The translations under genes were made by a program, and so were the position numbers. The notes under the pieces are model-generated. The model did not search any database, was not told the DNA's origin, and saw nothing but the letters and a program-made list of their open reading frames with translations. 64,000 nt of DNA from an uncultured Sandaracinaceae bacterium (GTDB lineage: Bacteria; Myxococcota_A; Polyangia; Polyangiales; JAFGIB01): positions 18,336 to 82,335 of the forward strand of contig CAYVFC010000001.1 in assembly GCA_964450715.1 (NCBI GenBank), written 5' to 3'. Positions 47,666-56,201 of the stretch are shown here, piece after piece. Every line of letters begins with the position of its first letter. The first letter of the stretch is position 1.

Positions 47666-48079
47666 TTATTCGCCGATGATGGTGAGCTGCACGCGGCGGT
47701 TGGATCGAGGACCGTCGAGGTCGCAGAGGAAGACGTTCTGCCAGGTGCTGAGCCCGAGGCAACCCTCGCGGATCGGCACGGTCTCGCTGGGGCCCACGAT
47801 GCCGGCCTGGATATGGGCGTCGGCATTGCTGTCGATGCGGTCGTGCCGCCAGCGGCCCGCCGGTACCAGGTTCTGCAGGCAATCGACCACGTCCAGGGCG
47901 ATGGCCGGGTCGGCGTTCTCCTGGATCATCAGGGCCGAGGTGGCGCCGTGGGCGTATAGCGAGCAGATCCCCTCCTTCACCCCGGAGCGGCGCACGTGGT
48001 CGCGCGCTTGCTCGGTGATGTCGATCAGCTGCTTGCGCTGGCTGCTGGAGACTACGATTTCGGCTCTGTAGAGCTTCAA
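47666..48079 (-). CDS. yjbQ: YjbQ (UPF0047) family protein
   Basis: HGATSALMIQEN, HDRIDSNADAHI, STWQNVFLCDLDGPR. Confidence 0.85.
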   Translation of the reverse strand: MKLYRAEIVVSSSQRKQLIDITEQARDHVRRSGVKEGICSLYAHGATSALMIQENADPAIALDVVDCLQNLVPAGRWRHDRIDSNADAHIQAGIVGPSETVPIREGCLGLSTWQNVFLCDLDGPRSNRRVQLTIIGE

Positions 48080-48195
48080 GGCGTCTTCTGCCGGACGGTG
48101 CGGGGTTTCTGGTCGTTTCCGGCTTTTTCCTGTACTACAGACGGGGCGTGCGATCCATCGGTAGCCGTCCGATCAGGCGAGGGAAGCGCGGTAAA

Positions 48196-50250
48196 GTGGC
48201 GAGCAAGAAACTGGAAACGATCCGCAAGCGGCTGGACCAGGTCGACCGCCGCATCCTGGAAGCGCTGGGCGACCGGCAGCAGCTGGCCGAGCGGGCGGCC
48301 GAGGTCAAGGCCCGCAGCAGCGAGCTAGAGCTGCGCGACCTCGACCGCGAGCAGACGCGGCTCTCGGAGCTGATCGAGCAGGGCGCCTTGTTGGGGTTGG
48401 ACGGTTACTACGTCACCCGCCTCTTTCGCGAGATCATGGAGCGCTCGCTTCGTCTGCAGCAGGAGCGGATCGCCGAGCGGCGCACCCGCGGCAGCGGCGG
48501 GCCCGAGAGCCTGACCGTGGCCTACCAGGGCGTGGAGGGGGCGTACAGCCACATCGCTGCGTTCAAGCACTTCGGTCCCCGCGGGATCCGACTCTCGTTC
48601 TTACCCAGCGAGAGCTTCGCCTCCATGTTGCAGGCGGTGAAGGCAGGCGAGGCCGATTACGGCGTGCTGCCCATCGAGAACACCACGGCCGGCTCCATCA
48701 ACGAGGCCTACGACCTGCTGGCCAACACCGATTTGACGGTGGTGGGCGAGGAGGTGCTGCTGGTCGAGCACTGCCTGGTGGCGCTCGAGCCCATCGGGGT
48801 CGAGCACATCCGCCGCATCTACTCGCATCCCCAGGCGCTGGCGCAGTGCTCGAGCTACCTCTCGCGGCTGCATCGCTGCACGGTGGAGTCCTTTCCGGAC
48901 ACGGCGCTGGCGGTGAAAAAGATCCAGGCGGAGAAGGACATCAGCCAGGCCGCCATCGCCAGCCAGGAGGCGGCCGAGCTGTACGGCCTGCAGGTGATCG
49001 AGCGCGGGATCGCCAACCAGAAGGACAACTACACGCGCTTCGTGATCGTGGCCGAGAAGGCCGCGCGGTACGACACGCGCATCCCCTGCAAGACCTCGCT
49101 CATCTTCGCCACCCGCCACGAGAAGGGCGCGCTGCTGCAGTGTTTAAATGTTCTATCCGGACACGGGCTCAATCTGACCAAGCTGGAGTCGCGGCCCCGG
49201 CCCAACGTTCCCTGGGAGTACCTCTTCTACCTGGACTTCGAGGGCAACCTGCAGGACGAACGGGTCAAAAATGCCCTGGAGGAGCTGACCGGTCACACCG
49301 GCTACCTGAAGGTGCTGGGCTGTTACCCGGCACGCACCACCGCCGAGGCCGGGCCGGCCAGCCCGCGCGCGAGGACCGTACGCGGCAAGGGCCGGCGCGC
49401 TGCCCGCGGGTCGCTGCCTGCGCCCGCCGGCGGGACGGCCGGCGGGGAGAAGAAGCCCTACCGCCTGGCGCTGCGCTCGCGGCGCACGCGGGATACCTGC
49501 ATCAAGGTAGACGGCGCGCTGATCGGCGGCCCGCGGCCGGCGGTCATCGCCGGCCCGGCCCTGGTGGAGTCGCGCGAGCAGATCACCGCCTGCGCACGCG
49601 CGGCCGCCCAGGCGGGTGTGGACCTGCTCTGGGGCGGCTGCTTCCGCGGGCAGGTGGCGGAGGGCGAGTTCGAGGCTCTGGGCTTCGAGGGTCTGCGCCT
49701 GCTGGCGAGCGCCGGCCGCGCGGCGGGCCTGCCGGTGGCCACCGAGGTGCTGGACCCGGGCGACATGGCCCGCGCGGCCAAACACGCCGACCTCATCGCC
49801 ATCGGCGGCCGCAATATGCAGAACTTCGCCCTGCTCAGGGCCGCGGGCCAGGTAGACCGGCCCATCCTGCTCAGGCGCTCGCTGGCCGCCTCCATCGACG
49901 ACTGGCTCGCCGCTGCCGAGCAGATCCTCTCCACCGGCAACCAGCAGGTGGTGCTCTGCGAACGAGGCGTCCGCACCCTGGGCGCGGCGCGGCGCAACAC
50001 GCTGGATCTCTCGGCACTGCCCCTGCTGCGCGAGAGGACGCACCTGCCGGTGCTGACCGCTCCCTCGCAGGTGGCGTCGAGCGCGCGCTGGGTTCCGTCC
50101 CTGGTCGAGGCCAGCCTGGCGGCCGGCGCGCAGGGAGTGCTGATCGAGTTCCATCCGCGGCCGGAAAAGGCCTTGGCCGGAAGCGAGCGGGCGCTCACCG
50201 CCGAAGCGTTGCAGGAGGTGATGGAACGGATCGCGCTGCGGGAGCCATGA
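48196..50250 (+). CDS. pheA: Chorismate mutase-prephenate dehydratase-ACT (P-protein) fused to a degenerate DAHP synthase I-beta-like domain
   Basis: CM (IRKRLDQVD...RDLDRE), PDT (YQGVEGAYS, PIEN, SHPQALAQC, NYTRF), ACT (LTKLESRP), then a TIM-barrel DAH7PS-like region. Confidence 0.88.
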   Translation: MASKKLETIRKRLDQVDRRILEALGDRQQLAERAAEVKARSSELELRDLDREQTRLSELIEQGALLGLDGYYVTRLFREIMERSLRLQQERIAERRTRGSGGPESLTVAYQGVEGAYSHIAAFKHFGPRGIRLSFLPSESFASMLQAVKAGEADYGVLPIENTTAGSINEAYDLLANTDLTVVGEEVLLVEHCLVALEPIGVEHIRRIYSHPQALAQCSSYLSRLHRCTVESFPDTALAVKKIQAEKDISQAAIASQEAAELYGLQVIERGIANQKDNYTRFVIVAEKAARYDTRIPCKTSLIFATRHEKGALLQCLNVLSGHGLNLTKLESRPRPNVPWEYLFYLDFEGNLQDERVKNALEELTGHTGYLKVLGCYPARTTAEAGPASPRARTVRGKGRRAARGSLPAPAGGTAGGEKKPYRLALRSRRTRDTCIKVDGALIGGPRPAVIAGPALVESREQITACARAAAQAGVDLLWGGCFRGQVAEGEFEALGFEGLRLLASAGRAAGLPVATEVLDPGDMARAAKHADLIAIGGRNMQNFALLRAAGQVDRPILLRRSLAASIDDWLAAAEQILSTGNQQVVLCERGVRTLGAARRNTLDLSALPLLRERTHLPVLTAPSQVASSARWVPSLVEASLAAGAQGVLIEFHPRPEKALAGSERALTAEALQEVMERIALREP

Positions 50251-50284
50251 GCACGCGAAGAACGCAAGCCGGACGGAGGATCGG

Positions 50285-51217
50285 ATGAAAAGCAACGCGA
50301 ACGCGCTCAGACCCCTTTTGACGAGCGCACTGGAATGGACGGGCCTGCGAACCATCCCGCTCGAGGAGCTGCGCGCCAAATACGAGACGGCCGCGTCGCA
50401 GTACCTGGAGATCGACGGCACGCGCATCCACTACCGGATGGAGGGCGAGGGACCGCCGGTGGTGCTGCTGCACGGGGTGCTGGCGCAGCTACAGACCTGG
50501 GACGGCTGGGTGGAATGCCTGAAGGACCGCTACCGCATCTTCCGCATGGATCTTCCCGGCTTCGGGCTCACCGGACCGGTGATCAACGGCACCTACACCC
50601 CGGAATACGCCGTTGAACTCTTCGAGAAGGTGCGCCGGGCCCTGAACGAGGAGCACTTCCACCTGGTGGGCAACTCTTTGGGCGGGTTCCTCAGCTGGTA
50701 CTACGCCGCGCTGTACCCGCAGCACGTCGACCGGCTCATTCTCATCGATCCGCTCAGCTACCCGCAGCGCATGCCCCCGGTGATGCACCTGGCGCTGCTG
50801 CCCGGCATCCGCCGGCTGGCCTCCTTCTGGGTGCCTCGCCCCTTCGTGGCCGAGGGGGTACGGCAGGTTTACGGCGACCCGCGCCGCTACGACAGCGCCG
50901 TGATCGACCGCTACCACCAGCTTCTGCTGCGCGAGGGCAATCGCGCCGCCATGCTCGACTACTTCGAGCTGGGCGGCAAGCACTTCGACCCGGGCGCGAC
51001 AAGCAGGCTCTGGGATATCATTCCGCGTATCCGCGCCCGCACCCTGCTCATGTGGGGCGAGAAGGACCGCTGGCTACCCATCCATCACGTGCAGCGCTGG
51101 AAGAAGGACCTGCCGGCGATCCAGGTCAAGACCTACCCGGGCGTGGGTCATATCCCCATGGAGGAGATCCCGGAGCAGAGCGCCGCGGACGCCGACGCGT
51201 TTCTGTCGGCTCCCTGA
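50285..51217 (+). CDS. Alpha/beta hydrolase
   Basis: LLHG, DLPGFG, GNSLGG, WGEKD, GVGHIPMEE. Confidence 0.9.
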   Translation: MKSNANALRPLLTSALEWTGLRTIPLEELRAKYETAASQYLEIDGTRIHYRMEGEGPPVVLLHGVLAQLQTWDGWVECLKDRYRIFRMDLPGFGLTGPVINGTYTPEYAVELFEKVRRALNEEHFHLVGNSLGGFLSWYYAALYPQHVDRLILIDPLSYPQRMPPVMHLALLPGIRRLASFWVPRPFVAEGVRQVYGDPRRYDSAVIDRYHQLLLREGNRAAMLDYFELGGKHFDPGATSRLWDIIPRIRARTLLMWGEKDRWLPIHHVQRWKKDLPAIQVKTYPGVGHIPMEEIPEQSAADADAFLSAP

Positions 51218-51224
51218 AGGGGGG

Positions 51225-51866
51225 CTACTCGTTCACCAGCCGCCAGAGCGTATCCGGGCCGCAGAAGGTCGCCTGCACCGTCCCGAACTCGATCAGGTCC
51301 CCCTCTTCGACTTGGACCGGGGCGCGAGCGACCAACAGCTCCCCTCTCACCCGGGTTCCGTTCTTGCTGCCCGCGTCGGCCACCATCAGCACCCCGTTCT
51401 CTCCGGCCTCGAACCAGGCGTGCGATTTGGAGACGCTGCTTTGGCGCAGCACTACGTCCTGGTTGCGGGCGCGCCCCACCGAGACCCGTTTGGCAAAGGT
51501 GCTGGTCTTCTCCCGCTTCTGAAGCTCGACGATGAAGTGAGGAGAAGCGAGGATCCGCCGCTTCAGCAACCCGATGTTAAGCGGCGGTCGTAGCGGGGGA
51601 GGGGGTCCGCCCATCTTGCTGCTCTGGCTCTGCTGCACCGTGTAGAAACCGAGCCCGTCGCTTCTGGCGGCCCGGCTGCCGGGGCTCGCCGCGCTCATCA
51701 TGGCGAGCCCGGCCTGCAGCTCGCCCGTCGGATCGTCCAGGCGGACGAGCAGGAAGGGCGTCTCCGCGAAGACGGCCACGAAGAGCCGTAGTCTCTGCTG
51801 AAGGATCTGGTTGACCAGCAGTTTCGGGCTCAGATTCTTGTGCTCGCTGGACTCGTTTTCCGCCAT
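51225..51866 (-). CDS. FHA-domain protein
   Basis: VGRARNQD...SVSKSHA...DAGSKNGT. Confidence 0.88.
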   Translation of the reverse strand: MAENESSEHKNLSPKLLVNQILQQRLRLFVAVFAETPFLLVRLDDPTGELQAGLAMMSAASPGSRAARSDGLGFYTVQQSQSSKMGGPPPPLRPPLNIGLLKRRILASPHFIVELQKREKTSTFAKRVSVGRARNQDVVLRQSSVSKSHAWFEAGENGVLMVADAGSKNGTRVRGELLVARAPVQVEEGDLIEFGTVQATFCGPDTLWRLVNE

Positions 51867-52226
51867 GGTCTTTCCGGGAACTCTCGGTGCCGCTGTCGCC
51901 TCGTCGGTCCGGACCGAGGAGGGGGCGGTGCGTCTTCCGAGCAGCGCCCGATTACTCTCTTTTTAGTACCGAACGATCGATTTTGCCACCTAGGAAGCGC
52001 GGTAACAAGCGTCTCATGCTTCGACCACGCAGCCGAGGACGGCCAGGCAGCCGATCGCTTCGTTCACGCAAAGGGCGGCTCACCACCCTCTGACAACCCG
52101 TTCGGTGCTCTAGTACCCGCTCCGCGAACAGGCCGACGCAGACCGGCGCGTAGGCGCGGCGGGCGACCTCCGCGGTCGGAGCTGCCACTGTTCTCGGCTT
52201 CGATTCCGCGTTACGGTGCCGGCGAG

Positions 52227-53636
52227 ATGGGCGACCCGGGCAAGAGAGATGAACGCACGCTGGTCGAACGCCTGCTGCGAGCGGTTACCGAGGTCAAGGC
52301 GGGCGAGGGCACGACCGCGCTCGTCATGATGTTTTCCGTTTTCTTACTGTTGACCTCTTATTACATCATCAAGCCGGTACGCGAGGGGCTGATCCTGGAG
52401 ATGGCCTCGGGTGCCGAGTACAAGAGCTACATGGGCGGCGCCATCGCTATCGCGCTGCTAGCAGCCGTGCCGGCTTACAGCCGCGTGGCCAAGAGGTGTG
52501 ACGGCAACCGTCTGGTGATCGGGGTCACGCTCTTCTTCGCCTCTCACCTGCTGCTCTTCTATTTCGCCAGTCTATCCGACCCGGTTCGCGAATATCTGGG
52601 GCTCATTTTCTATCTCTGGGTGGGCATCTTCAACATGATGGTGGTGGCCCAGTTCTGGGCCTTTGCCAACGACATCTACACCGAGGAGCAGGGCAAGCGG
52701 CTCTTCGCTCTGGTAGGGGCGGGCGCCTCGACCGGTGCGGTGGCCGGAAGCGCGGTGGCGACGGTGCTGCCGCGCTTGCTGGGTGTCTACCAGATGTTGC
52801 TGGTCAGCGCGGGCGTACTCGCGCTATTCGCCGTCCTCATCCAGGTGGTGCACAACCGCGAGCGAGGCCGCCAGGAGGCGACGGGGAAAGCAAGCGCAAC
52901 GGATTCCGCCGCGGAGGAGGCCGACCGCAAGCGGGGCGCTTTTACCATGGTCTTCAAGCACCGGTACCTGGTGCTGCTCGCCGCCTTTCACCTGGTCTTC
53001 ACCCTGGTCAACACCAACGGCGAGTACATGTTGAGCAAGCTCTTCAAGGCCGCAGCCAGTGAAGCGGTCGCTCTCGGTGCCCTGGAAGAGAACGAGGTAG
53101 GCAAGTTCATCACCGCGCAGTACGGCGTGTTTTTTGGCTGGGTAAGTTCCCTGAGCATGTTCCTGCAGTTCTTTATCGTTTCCCGGCTGGTGAAGTACGG
53201 AGGCCTCCGCCTGGCCTTCCTGGTGCTGCCCTGCATCGCGCTGCTGGACGCGGCAGCGGTGGCCGTGTTGCCGGTGCTCTTTGTTCTGCGTATCGGCAAG
53301 ATGGCCGAGAACGCCGTGGACTACTCGGTCAACAACACGGTACGGCAGATGCTCTGGCTTCCCACCACCCGGGAGATGAAGTACCGCGCCAAGCAGGGCG
53401 TGGACACCTTTTTCGTGCGCATGGGAGATCTGGGCTCGGCCCTGCTGGTCTACGTCGGCGTGACCTTCCTGGCCTGGAACGTGCGGGCCTTTGCCCTGGC
53501 CAACCTGGTGCTGGTGGCGGTCTGGCTCTTGTTGGCCGTCGCCATCCTGCGCGAGAACCGCGAGCTGTCCGGTCGACGCGTTCGCGCAGCAACCACCAGA
53601 GCGCGGCCAGCGTGCCGGCGAAGAGCAGCAAGTTGA
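52227..53636 (+). CDS. Npt1/Npt2 (TLC/NTT, ATP/ADP translocase-like) family transporter
   Basis: SYYIIKPVRE, LWVGIFN, QFWAFANDIYTEEQGKRLF, ENAVDYSVNNT, KYRAKQGVDTFFVRMGD. Confidence 0.8.
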   Translation: MGDPGKRDERTLVERLLRAVTEVKAGEGTTALVMMFSVFLLLTSYYIIKPVREGLILEMASGAEYKSYMGGAIAIALLAAVPAYSRVAKRCDGNRLVIGVTLFFASHLLLFYFASLSDPVREYLGLIFYLWVGIFNMMVVAQFWAFANDIYTEEQGKRLFALVGAGASTGAVAGSAVATVLPRLLGVYQMLLVSAGVLALFAVLIQVVHNRERGRQEATGKASATDSAAEEADRKRGAFTMVFKHRYLVLLAAFHLVFTLVNTNGEYMLSKLFKAAASEAVALGALEENEVGKFITAQYGVFFGWVSSLSMFLQFFIVSRLVKYGGLRLAFLVLPCIALLDAAAVAVLPVLFVLRIGKMAENAVDYSVNNTVRQMLWLPTTREMKYRAKQGVDTFFVRMGDLGSALLVYVGVTFLAWNVRAFALANLVLVAVWLLLAVAILRENRELSGRRVRAATTRARPACRRRAAS

Positions 53637-53775
53637 AGTACCCGCACCACCAGGGGTGGTCTCGCGCCAGGTGGCCCAGCAGCCAGAGCGGGGTGGCGAA
53701 CAGCGGTCCCAGCAGCGAATACTTGCCGTCGGGCAGTAGAGCACCTCCGATCGGGTTGAAAAGCTCATGATTTCG
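53572..53775 (-). pseudogene. Fragment of a membrane-protein gene with no in-frame start and no recognisable end
   Basis: Frame reads HELFNPIGGALLPDGKYSLLGPLFATPLWLLGHLARDHPWWCGYFNLLLFAGTLAALWWLLRERVD; upstream in-frame TGA at 53836-53838. Confidence 0.45.
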
Positions 53776-54071
53776 CGGCTTATAGGGGCCATGTTCGGCG
53801 TTGTCCCTCCTCGAAGTGGCTCTACCACTGCTTCGTCAGGCCAAGCACCGAATCTGACACCCTCTTAGACAAGCGGCGCGTCCAAGTCGCACCGGGTCCG
53901 GAGAGAGGGCCGATAACCGTTCGGGGGGCGCTCGCGGGTAGCGAGCTCGCGGGGCGCATCTGACCTACTCTGTTGCGGTTCTTGTCCGGTCTTGTGGCGG
54001 TCTCGACGGGTCTTTCCGGGCGCTCCCGAAGCATAAGGAGGTGCCGGAAATGAGACGCAGCAACTCGAGTT

Positions 54072-55019
54072 CTAGTCTCTCGGAGCTCGGCGCATTTCCC
54101 GCCTCGCCGCCTCCAGCGCCAGCACCATACGGGTCACCGCCTGGTTGCGCGGGCATTCGAGGCCTAGCGAGGCGCCCTCCCGCACCACCGCTCCGTTGAT
54201 CGAATCGATCTCGGTCCGGCGCCCCTTGCTCATGTCCATGTACATGGAGGAGTAGTTCTCGGCCGTGAGCCGGCACACCTCTTCCGTGCGCGCCACCGGG
54301 TCGTCGTAGGGGAGCGCGACGCGTTTTTGCCACGCCACCTCGCGAGCTTCCCGCACCAGCTCGGCCATCAGCTGGCGGGCGGGCTCGATCTGCAGCAGCC
54401 GTCCGTTCTGCACGCCTAGGACCGCGGTCAGCGGGTTGATGCCGGCATTGACCAGCACCTTGCCCCAGATGAGCGAGCGGGGGTCGCTGGAGAGCTCGGC
54501 GTCCAGCCCGGCTCGGCGAAATAGATCGAGTAGCTCCTCGAGAAACGCGGGGGGTAGGGCACCCGCGGTCAGCGGGCCGAAGGCGGTCTTGCCGCGGCCC
54601 GCGTGCCTCACGTGGTCGTGCGCGGCCAGGTTGGCGCCCTCCGAGGTGATCCCGGCCAGCAGCGGGGCGTCGGGCAGCTCGCGGGCTATGGCATCTGGGT
54701 TGTCCAGGCCGTTCTGCAACGTCAGTATCGGGCCCCGGTAGCCGGCCTCGTGCAGCATCCGCGCCGCGGCTGCGGTGGCGTAGGACTTGACGCAGAGGAT
54801 CACCAGGTCCTTGCTCGCCGGATCCTCCAGCCCCACCGTGACAGGCACGGTGAAGGTGAAGTCCCGTTCCTTTCCCTGCCAGCGGACGCCCTTGGTCAGC
54901 AGCCCGGCCCGTTTCGGGGCGCGATCGACCAGCTCGATGCGGGCGCTGGTTTCATGCAGGTATCCGGCCAGCATGAGCCCAACCGCGCCAGGCCCCACGA
55001 TGGCGATGCGCATCGTCAT
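54072..55019 (-). CDS. panE: 2-dehydropantoate 2-reductase
   Basis: GPGAVG, LCVKSY, LQNG, WGKVLVNAGINPLTA, SSMYMD, RTEIDSING. Confidence 0.93.
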   Translation of the reverse strand: MTMRIAIVGPGAVGLMLAGYLHETSARIELVDRAPKRAGLLTKGVRWQGKERDFTFTVPVTVGLEDPASKDLVILCVKSYATAAAARMLHEAGYRGPILTLQNGLDNPDAIARELPDAPLLAGITSEGANLAAHDHVRHAGRGKTAFGPLTAGALPPAFLEELLDLFRRAGLDAELSSDPRSLIWGKVLVNAGINPLTAVLGVQNGRLLQIEPARQLMAELVREAREVAWQKRVALPYDDPVARTEEVCRLTAENYSSMYMDMSKGRRTEIDSINGAVVREGASLGLECPRNQAVTRMVLALEAARREMRRAPRD

Positions 55020-55123
55020 GACAGCATCATAGCCCCAAACACGGTTGCTCGCGACCGAGGGCGCCGCCCGCGAACCGTACCCCGGCGTGGTCTCAGCCCG
55101 GCCCTCTGTGGTACAAGGGCCCG

Positions 55124-55711
55124 ATGCCGCGCTTTCTCGCTGGTTTTTTTACGGCCTCGCTGCTTTGGGCAACGCTCGGTTTCGCCTGCCTGCAGGGTTA
55201 CATCGATACCGATCTGTCGGCGCTGATGATCGACGACGACCCAGAAGCCGAGGCCTCAGCCGCGGACGACCGGGGCCAGAAGCGGCGAGGGCGTCCCCGG
55301 ACCAGGCGCGGCCGCCGCTCGCGTCCGCGCGCTCGCGCGGCATCGCAGAACGGGGAGGTGTTCACCGGCGACGACCTGGGCGAGCCGGAGCTCAGGACCA
55401 TCGATATGGACAGCCAGGGCGGCGAGGGACAGCTGACCAGCCACGAGGTCGAGGTGGGCATCGACGGCGCCATGCCCAGGATCCGGCGCTGTCTGATCCT
55501 GGTAGCCGATGAGGATCCCATCACCGGGACCATGACCTTCGGCCTGCGCATCAGCGGCAGCGGGCGGGTGACCCGCATCAACCTGAAAGGGCCGGCGCCG
55601 CTGGTGAGCGGCGAGGCCGGAAGCTGCTTGCGCAAGGCGCTGGGCAGTATCGCTTACCGCGAGTTCGACGGGCCCGACATGCTGGTGCACTACCCCTTCA
55701 CCATTCGCTAG
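55124..55711 (+). CDS. Single-TM protein with AgmX/PglI-like (TonB C-terminal-like) domain
   Basis: N-terminal TM; IRRCL...FGLRISGSGRV...SCL...YPF pattern. Confidence 0.6.
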   Translation: MPRFLAGFFTASLLWATLGFACLQGYIDTDLSALMIDDDPEAEASAADDRGQKRRGRPRTRRGRRSRPRARAASQNGEVFTGDDLGEPELRTIDMDSQGGEGQLTSHEVEVGIDGAMPRIRRCLILVADEDPITGTMTFGLRISGSGRVTRINLKGPAPLVSGEAGSCLRKALGSIAYREFDGPDMLVHYPFTIR

Positions 55712-55762
55712 CGAGCCCCCGCTTCTTTTGCGGATGGCAAACGACGACGAGGAGAGAGACCT

Positions 55763-56158
55763 ATGGTGAGATTGACCGAGCAACCTTTGGATCCGGGCAG
55801 CGTCTACCGGCAACTACCCTTTCCGGACGGATCGGGCTCGGTGCTGGTCCACTTCGCCGTGGTCAAGGCCTCGGCCGACGACCGGCGCACAGCGGGCATC
55901 CGCTTCCAGCGGGCGGGAGACGCGGAAGCCGAGATGCAGGCCATCGAAGACGATCTGCGCTCCAGGTACACGCTGCTCGACGTGCTCCTGATCCGCCGAC
56001 TGGGCTCGCTCCGAGTGGGAGAGGTCATCTCGCTGGTGGCGGTAGCTGCAGCAGGCCGTGACGACGCCTTTGGCGCCTGCAACGACGCCATCACCGGTTT
56101 CAAGAAGATGAAGACCCTGGACAAGCAGGAGCTCTTTGTAGACGGTAGCCCAACCTGA
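55763..56158 (+). CDS. moaE: MoaE-like molybdopterin synthase catalytic subunit
   Basis: RRLGSLRVGEVISLVAVAAAGRDDAFGAC...KK...KQE; somewhat divergent from canonical MoaE. Confidence 0.65.
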   Translation: MVRLTEQPLDPGSVYRQLPFPDGSGSVLVHFAVVKASADDRRTAGIRFQRAGDAEAEMQAIEDDLRSRYTLLDVLLIRRLGSLRVGEVISLVAVAAAGRDDAFGACNDAITGFKKMKTLDKQELFVDGSPT

Positions 56159-56201
56159 TCCCGCACCGGCTCTCTACGGCGTCGCTTACGTCTTGTTTTT
56201 T

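Noticed and set aside
54000-54056. Hairpin (gtctc/gagac, tttccgg/ccggaaa) just downstream of panE as a terminator or ncRNA
   Set aside because: No U-tract on either strand and GC-rich DNA folds readily; insufficient support
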